DNA of 61,446 nucleotides, taken from positions 2,695 to 64,140 of the forward strand of contig LFSK01000156.1 of NCBI GenBank assembly GCA_001512555.1, in the 5' to 3' direction. The DNA comes from Clostridiaceae bacterium DTU059 (GTDB lineage Bacteria > Bacillota > Clostridia > DSM-8532). The position numbers were made by a program, and so were the translations under genes. The notes below the pieces were generated by a model. It was not told the origin of the DNA. It worked only from the letters and a program-made list of their open reading frames with translations, and ran no database searches. Shown here one piece after another: positions 56,001-61,446 of the stretch (position 1 is its first letter; each line of letters starts with the position of its first letter).

Positions 56001-56693
56001 TTATTCCAGGCACTCCCCTTTTTTTTGAACAAAGAGGTTGCCGGCCGTATCAACTGAAGCATAAAAAACCATTTTATAGTCCGAAATGCCCCTCTCCCTT
56101 AATTGCTGATCAAGCCACTGCCTGTCAATATTCATTTTCTTCAAAGTCCTGCTCATAAGCCTGCCGTCTATGATCAGATCTGTGGTATATCCTTCGTACT
56201 TAGTGTCGATTTTCAGATCTTCGGGTGTTACAGGTCGTTTCTGAGATTTAAGGACAACGCTTAGCTGGCCGTTAGTTTCCATTACCGCGTATTCCACATC
56301 ACTTACATTCTGGATACTATGGAATCTGAGCTGCTCCAGAAGCTCATTGATGGTGCACAGCTCTTTGCGCATATTTTTTTCAAGCATCCTGCCATTACGG
56401 ATTAGAATGGCGGGTCTTCCGCATATATAGCCCCTTATCCGCACGCCCCTGATGGAAACATGGGAGATCAAAAGCTGGCAGACAACCAGGACAGCGATGG
56501 GTATGAGGGCATGATGAACCTTCCTGTCATCCTCGGTCAGAGGCAGTGCCGCGAGCTCAGAAATCATTACGGCTACAGCGAACTCAAAAGGCTGGAGCTG
56601 ACCGATCTGTCTTTTACCCATCAAACGCATGCTGATTATGACCACAGAATATAATAAAAAGGTTTTCCACAATAAAGGCAGAATGCCTTCCAC
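56001..56693 (-). CDS. DUF421 / YetF family membrane protein
   Basis: RLMGKRQIGQL, ELLEQLR, VEYAVMETNGQLSV; GTG start after ggagg. Confidence 0.92.
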   Translation of the reverse strand: MEGILPLLWKTFLLYSVVIISMRLMGKRQIGQLQPFEFAVAVMISELAALPLTEDDRKVHHALIPIAVLVVCQLLISHVSIRGVRIRGYICGRPAILIRNGRMLEKNMRKELCTINELLEQLRFHSIQNVSDVEYAVMETNGQLSVVLKSQKRPVTPEDLKIDTKYEGYTTDLIIDGRLMSRTLKKMNIDRQWLDQQLRERGISDYKMVFYASVDTAGNLFVQKKGECLE

Positions 56694-56725
56694 AAATATG
56701 ACCTCCATCAAAGGAATGCAAGGAT

Positions 56726-56755
56726 TAGTTTATCCCCGCCCGGTGAAGATCATTC
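56726..56755 (-). promoter_or_regulatory. Putative forespore SigF/SigG promoter of DUF421 gene
   Basis: Minus strand GAATG-N15-GGATAAACTA. Confidence 0.5.
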
Positions 56756-57295
56756 AGCTAAAAGGGAATTCAGAGGAGGGCACTCGTCCCTCAAAATAGA
56801 GTAGAGCTTTAAATCATGGTAAACGCCATTGTGGAAGGTTGCCTGTCTCATTGTTCCTTCATAAGTGAATCCACATTTTTCGGCCACGCGGCTGCTGGCA
56901 ATATTATCGCTCATAACATTCACCTGAAGTCTGTTGATGGGCCAGACAGCAAACATATAGGCGCAAAACAGCCTGAGGGCTTCAGTCATGTAGCCTTTCC
57001 CTGAAAACGCCAGGTCAAAAAGCTCATAACCTACCTCGTACCCGGATTGGTAATCAAGGCCTTTGAAATAGAGAATCTCGCCCACATGTTCCCCTTCCAG
57101 GGATAGAATCAGCATACGCCCTTCTTCTCGGGACCAGAAGCCACTTTCTCGGTACTCATCCCGGAATTTATTCAGGGGAGGGATTTGCAGGTGCCAGTAG
57201 GGTCCCTTCTTATTGATATCGGTAATCAACCTGTACAGGTAATCCACCTCTTCAGGGATAACGGTTCTAAGAATTACTTTTTTTCCTCTGATCAT
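56750..57295 (-). CDS. RimJ/RimL family GNAT acetyltransferase
   Basis: GKGYMTEAL, NIASSRVAEKCGFTYEG. Confidence 0.9.
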   Translation of the reverse strand: MIRGKKVILRTVIPEEVDYLYRLITDINKKGPYWHLQIPPLNKFRDEYRESGFWSREEGRMLILSLEGEHVGEILYFKGLDYQSGYEVGYELFDLAFSGKGYMTEALRLFCAYMFAVWPINRLQVNVMSDNIASSRVAEKCGFTYEGTMRQATFHNGVYHDLKLYSILRDECPPLNSLLAE

Positions 57296-57551
57296 AGCTT
57301 GTCCCTTCTTTTACTGCACTGAATCCATTTATTGACCCTATCTGCATTATATCATATAATGGATTAGATCTTTCCAAGCAAATGCAAATCGCTCGGACTC
57401 ATGGCATTTTGCTGATCACAGTGATATTATTTCAGTAAACAGCGGTCAGAATACAGCAGGTATAAACGACTGCGTAGTGTGTGCTTCCTGGCTGGGCATT
57501 AGAGAACCCCTTGCCCGTTGTTTCTGAGGCTGGAATTCTGGGAGGGTGTCC

Positions 57552-58502
57552 ATGTATTACATAGGGATTGACTTGGGCGGAACAAATATTGCCGCAGGGA
57601 TTGTGGACGGGAACGGAACCATTATAAAAAAGGGGAGTGTTCCCACCGGAAGGAGCCGTGCTTCCGAAGAGATCGTGGAGGATATGTGCACTCTTGTAAA
57701 GAATCTTGTTAGTGAAGCGGGCATTGAGGAGGCCGAAATTCATTCCATAGGCATCGGAAGCCCGGGAACACCCGACAGAAAGAACGGTATCATAATCTAC
57801 AACAATAATCTTGGTTTTCGAAATGTTCCCATTCGTAAGCTTATACAGAAGCATTTCAATCTTCCGGTATATCTTGAAAATGACGCAAATTGCGCCGCCA
57901 TTGCCGAAAGTGTGGCTGGTGCGGCCAAGGATGAGCCATATGCAGTGGTCATTACCATTGGAACGGGAATAGGGGGCGGAGTCATTATTGGTAACAAGCT
58001 GTATACCGGCTTCAATGGGGCGGGCGGTGAGCTGGGACATGTGGTGCTTCACATGAACGGCGAAGAATGTACCTGCGGCAGAAAAGGCTGCTGGGAAGCC
58101 TATTCCTCCGCAACCGCACTGATCCGTCAGACTGTTCGGGCAGCGAAAGACAATCCCCAGTCCATAATCAATCAACTGGCAGAGGGAGACCTTAGCAGGA
58201 TAAACGCAAAGACCGCCTTTGACGGTGCCCGTATGGGTGATGAGACCGCAAAGCAGGTGGTGGATCAATACATAGAAATGCTGGCTGAAGGCCTTGCAAA
58301 TATGATCAACATCTTCCAGCCCAATGTTGTTGTGCTGGGGGGCGGTGTTTCAAAGGAAGGCGAAAATCTTCTGGGTCCCTTAAGGGAGAAACTGAAGAGC
58401 AGAACCTACTGCGCAGAAGGTGTGGAAAACACACGCCTTGTGGCGGCCCGGATGGGCAATGATGCCGGTATTATAGGTGCGGCCTTCATATCCAGGTCAT
58501 AG
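57552..58502 (+). CDS. ROK family glucokinase
   Basis: GIDLGGT, ENDANCAA, GTGIGGG, GELGH, CTCGRKGCWE. Confidence 0.92.
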   Translation: MYYIGIDLGGTNIAAGIVDGNGTIIKKGSVPTGRSRASEEIVEDMCTLVKNLVSEAGIEEAEIHSIGIGSPGTPDRKNGIIIYNNNLGFRNVPIRKLIQKHFNLPVYLENDANCAAIAESVAGAAKDEPYAVVITIGTGIGGGVIIGNKLYTGFNGAGGELGHVVLHMNGEECTCGRKGCWEAYSSATALIRQTVRAAKDNPQSIINQLAEGDLSRINAKTAFDGARMGDETAKQVVDQYIEMLAEGLANMINIFQPNVVVLGGGVSKEGENLLGPLREKLKSRTYCAEGVENTRLVAARMGNDAGIIGAAFISRS

Positions 58503-58557
58503 AATACTCTGAATACATATTCAGGCAGGAGTACGAGGAAAGAATGCGAGCTGAACG

Positions 58558-59292
58558 ATGAGAAACATCAGGCTTGTTATAGAATATGATGGTTCAAAAT
58601 ATCATGGATGGCAGTTTCAGTCCAATGCCCATTCGGTTCAGCAGGAACTTGCCATGGCTATTAAAAAATTGACCGGGGAGTCGGTCATACCCGATGGAGC
58701 CGGCAGAACCGATGCGGGAGTCCATGCTCTGGGGCAGGTAGCCAGCTTTATGACTAAGTCTTCCATTCCCGCCGAAAGGTTTGCCCCTGCCCTCAACAGT
58801 ATATTATCTTCAGGTATCTCTGTACTGCGTTCAGAGCAGGTGGATCCGGACTTTAATCCGCGGTTTTCTGCAAAAGGGAAGCATTACTGTTATCTGATCC
58901 TCAACAGGGCTCAACGCTCCCCTCTGTGGGAAAAACGAGCCTGGCATATCCGGGAAACACTGGATCACGACGCTATGAAGAAAGCTGCCCAATATCTTAC
59001 AGGAACCCATTATTTCAAGGCTTTCTGTGCTTCAGGTCATCAGAATAAGACTTTTGACAGAACCATAACCCATTCATCCTGGCAGTTCAAGGACGGGATA
59101 CTCCGGTATGACACCATGGGAAATGCCTTTCTGTATAATATGGTCAGGATCATGGTGGGTACCATGGTTGATATCGGACGGGGTCGCTTCCCGCCGGAAA
59201 TAATATTGGAGGCTTTTAAAACCGGCGACAGAAACACACTTGGGATGACAGCCCCTGCTGCAGGTTTGTACCTTGTTGAAGTGTTTTACTAA
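58558..59292 (+). CDS. truA: tRNA pseudouridine(38-40) synthase
   Basis: YDGSKYHGWQ, GRTDAGVHA, FLYNMVR. Confidence 0.97.
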   Translation: MRNIRLVIEYDGSKYHGWQFQSNAHSVQQELAMAIKKLTGESVIPDGAGRTDAGVHALGQVASFMTKSSIPAERFAPALNSILSSGISVLRSEQVDPDFNPRFSAKGKHYCYLILNRAQRSPLWEKRAWHIRETLDHDAMKKAAQYLTGTHYFKAFCASGHQNKTFDRTITHSSWQFKDGILRYDTMGNAFLYNMVRIMVGTMVDIGRGRFPPEIILEAFKTGDRNTLGMTAPAAGLYLVEVFY

Positions 59293-59380
59293 TAATGCTG
59301 TGATCCCCTCATGCCGGCTTCATTGGAATTGTATTGCCGGGATGGATTTTCACACATCAGATCCCGGGGGAGGGTTTAAG

Positions 59381-59644
59381 ATGAGAATGACCGGTAAGCT
59401 GTATAAAGGATCATCAGTCCTTGATGAAAGGGTAGTGGATGTTGATGATGACGAAGGCACATATCAGGATCGTTTGGAGAAATGCCTGTTTGAGGTATGC
59501 AGACTGCTTGCCATAGAAGTGCCCATCTGGCTTACAAAGAACACTCGTGAATATGTCAGGTTCCGGCGGACTTCCTTTAATGCCGACCAGTTTTTTAATG
59601 CCGTACATTTTGATCGTTTTGAGATACGGATCATGGAGGAATAG
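59381..59644 (+). CDS. Small hypothetical protein (87 aa)
   Basis: ggaggg RBS before ATG 59381; VPIWLTKN..F..VHFDRFEI. Confidence 0.65.
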   Translation: MRMTGKLYKGSSVLDERVVDVDDDEGTYQDRLEKCLFEVCRLLAIEVPIWLTKNTREYVRFRRTSFNADQFFNAVHFDRFEIRIMEE

Positions 59645-59727
59645 CGTAAAGAACGGAATTTCCGAAAAGCGCATTAAACAATAGATTTTAGGCAGCCTTA
59701 TTATAGCAAAAAAAAACAATGTCCGTA

Positions 59728-59756
59728 TTGACATTGATTAATTCCTGTGTTAGAAT
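59728..59756 (+). promoter_or_regulatory. SigA promoter of rpoB
   Basis: ttgaca-N17-tagaat with upstream A-tract. Confidence 0.75.
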
Positions 59757-60061
59757 TATTTACTGCATTATTATATGATGACGTATTGTATTTTTCTTTT
59801 TGTTTGTGCATAATCACCGTTTGTTCCGCTCCCAGTATAGCACAATTGTATGAACAGTACAATACATGTCAATAATCTTTTTGAAACGAAAAATATAGAT
59901 CGGGAGAATGATAGTTTGGAGTGTATTATTCACATGCATAATCTAACCGGCCAATTACCTACGGTATATGTAGTATAGCTGCCGGAACGGATTGATCTTT
60001 CCCCCCTCTATATTTTTATGTTTTTTTTGACTAATTACATGAGTCCTATGAGGTGATATGA

Positions 60062-61446
60062 ATGGTTCATCCGGTCAAATTAGGCAGGACTACACGCATG
60101 AGTTATGCCAAGATCAAAGAAGTTCTTGAAATGCCCAACCTAATTGAAGTTCAGAAAAATTCATACAGGCATTTTCTTGAGGAAGGACTTAGGGATGTAT
60201 TGAGGGATGTCTCTCCCATAACAGACTATACCGGCAATCTGATCATGGAGTTCATTGACTACTCTCTTGAAACCGATAACATCAAATATTCGGTCGAGGA
60301 GTGCAAGGAAAGGGATTCTACTTATTGCGCACCCCTGAAGGTTAAGGTTCGTCTGATCAACAAGGAGACAGGCGAGGTCAAGGAACAGGAAATCTTTATG
60401 GGAGATTTTCCCTTGATGACCGAAACCGGTACATTCGTCATTAATGGAGCTGAACGTGTTATTGTCAGCCAGCTTGTCCGTTCTCCGGGCGTATATTATG
60501 CCAAGGAAAAGGATAAGGCGGGTAATAATCTGTTCTCCAGTACTGTTATTCCTTACCGGGGTGCATGGCTTGAATACGAAACCGACTCTGCCGAGGTTGT
60601 CTATGTGCGCATAGACAGAACAAGAAAGCTACCCATAACACAGTTCCTTCGTGCTCTGGGCTATGGAACTGATGCAGAGATCCTTAATCTCTTTGGTGAA
60701 GAGCCCAAGCTTTTGGCTACAATCGCCAAAGACAGCACCAAGAGCAGAGAAGAGGGACTTTTCGAAGTGTACAAGCGTCTCCGTCCGGGAGAGCCGCCAA
60801 CCGAAGAAAGCGCCAGTACCCTTATTAATAATCTGTTTTTTGATTCCAGACGTTATGATCTTTCCAGTGTAGGCCGCTACAAGTTCAACAAGAAGCTCTC
60901 CCTTGCCAACCGTATCAGAAACCATATTGCGGCTGAGGACATTAAAGACAACAATACCGGAAAAGTCATTGTTAAGGCCGGAGAAGAGATCAACGAAGAA
61001 AAGGCATGGAAGATTCAGAATTCAGGAACCAATGTGGTTCATGTGGAGGTTGATGGCAAGCCTGTAAAGGTTGTCGGAAACCTCACCGTTGATATCGCAG
61101 GTTATGTTGATTTCGATCCTACCAGAGCGGGCATCACCGAAAAGGTGCGGTATGATGTCCTCATGGAAATTCTCAAAGAGAATAAGAAGGCAAAAGAGGA
61201 AGAGCTGATAGCCCTGCTCAGGGAAAATAAGGATAACCTGATGCCCAGGCATATAACCAAGGAAGACATCATTGCCACCGTCTGCTACATTTTCAACCTG
61301 GATCATGGTGTAGGGCGTATTGATGATATCGATCACCTGGGGAACAGACGTCTCCGCTCTGTGGGAGAACTCCTCCAGAACCAGTTCCGTATAGGTCTTG
61401 CCCGTATGGAAAGGGTGGTTCGTGAGAGGATGACCATCCAGGATAT
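60062..61446 (+). CDS. rpoB: RNA polymerase beta subunit (3' truncated by window)
   Basis: Not in ORF track; manual translation [73 protein letters not shown]. Confidence 0.98.
   Translation, partial: MVHPVKLGRTTRMSYAKIKEVLEMPNLIEVQKNSYRHFLEEGLRDVLRDVSPITDYTGNLIMEFIDYSLETDNIKYSVEECKERDSTYCAPLKVKVRLINKETGEVKEQEIFMGDFPLMTETGTFVINGAERVIVSQLVRSPGVYYAKEKDKAGNNLFSSTVIPYRGAWLEYETDSAEVVYVRIDRTRKLPITQFLRALGYGTDAEILNLFGEEPKLLATIAKDSTKSREEGLFEVYKRLRPGEPPTEESASTLINNLFFDSRRYDLSSVGRYKFNKKLSLANRIRNHIAAEDIKDNNTGKVIVKAGEEINEEKAWKIQNSGTNVVHVEVDGKPVKVVGNLTVDIAGYVDFDPTRAGITEKVRYDVLMEILKENKKAKEEELIALLRENKDNLMPRHITKEDIIATVCYIFNLDHGVGRIDDIDHLGNRRLRSVGELLQNQFRIGLARMERVVRERMTIQD

Noticed and set aside
57430-57545. 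Structured leader before the ROK kinase as a riboswitch
   Set aside because: Only short stems; no recognisable aptamer, RAT site or terminator

Overview
Core-chromosome segment of a spore-forming clostridial Firmicute. The lineage is inferred from protein signatures to be Thermoclostridium/Acetivibrio-like; this was not verified. Left part: partial MCP, SOS-boxed uvrA, a WG-repeat/RsiV-like lipoprotein, an archaeal-type homocysteine-synthesis trio, proB, hup, hypothetical-birA-hypothetical-coaX, CIRCE-groESL, cobalamin riboswitch-btuFCD, and a GH1 beta-glucosidase with a divergent AraC regulator. Middle and right: ybxB-ybxF-rpsL-rpsG-fusA-tuf, a block of lon-amidohydrolase-tsaEB-rimI-LonC, the complete S10-spc-alpha ribosomal cluster, a fused ECF ATPase with ecfT, a few accessory genes, truA and the 5' part of rpoB. 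I see no rRNA, tRNA, CRISPR array, prophage or transposase, and no clearly new multi-gene system can be established from the sequence alone. The best leads are: (i) an unannotated ~60-nt minus-strand sRNA with its own promoter, terminator and C-rich loop (8809-8905); (ii) a hypothetical protein with ADP-ribosyltransferase-fold motifs ahead of birA; (iii) REP/RPE-like palindromes and heptamer inverted repeats flanking the LonC gene; (iv) long structured spacers at rpsL-rpsG and rpmJ-rpsM; (v) extensions in uL22, uL23 and bL17; (vi) a convergent promoter inside the rpoB leader.
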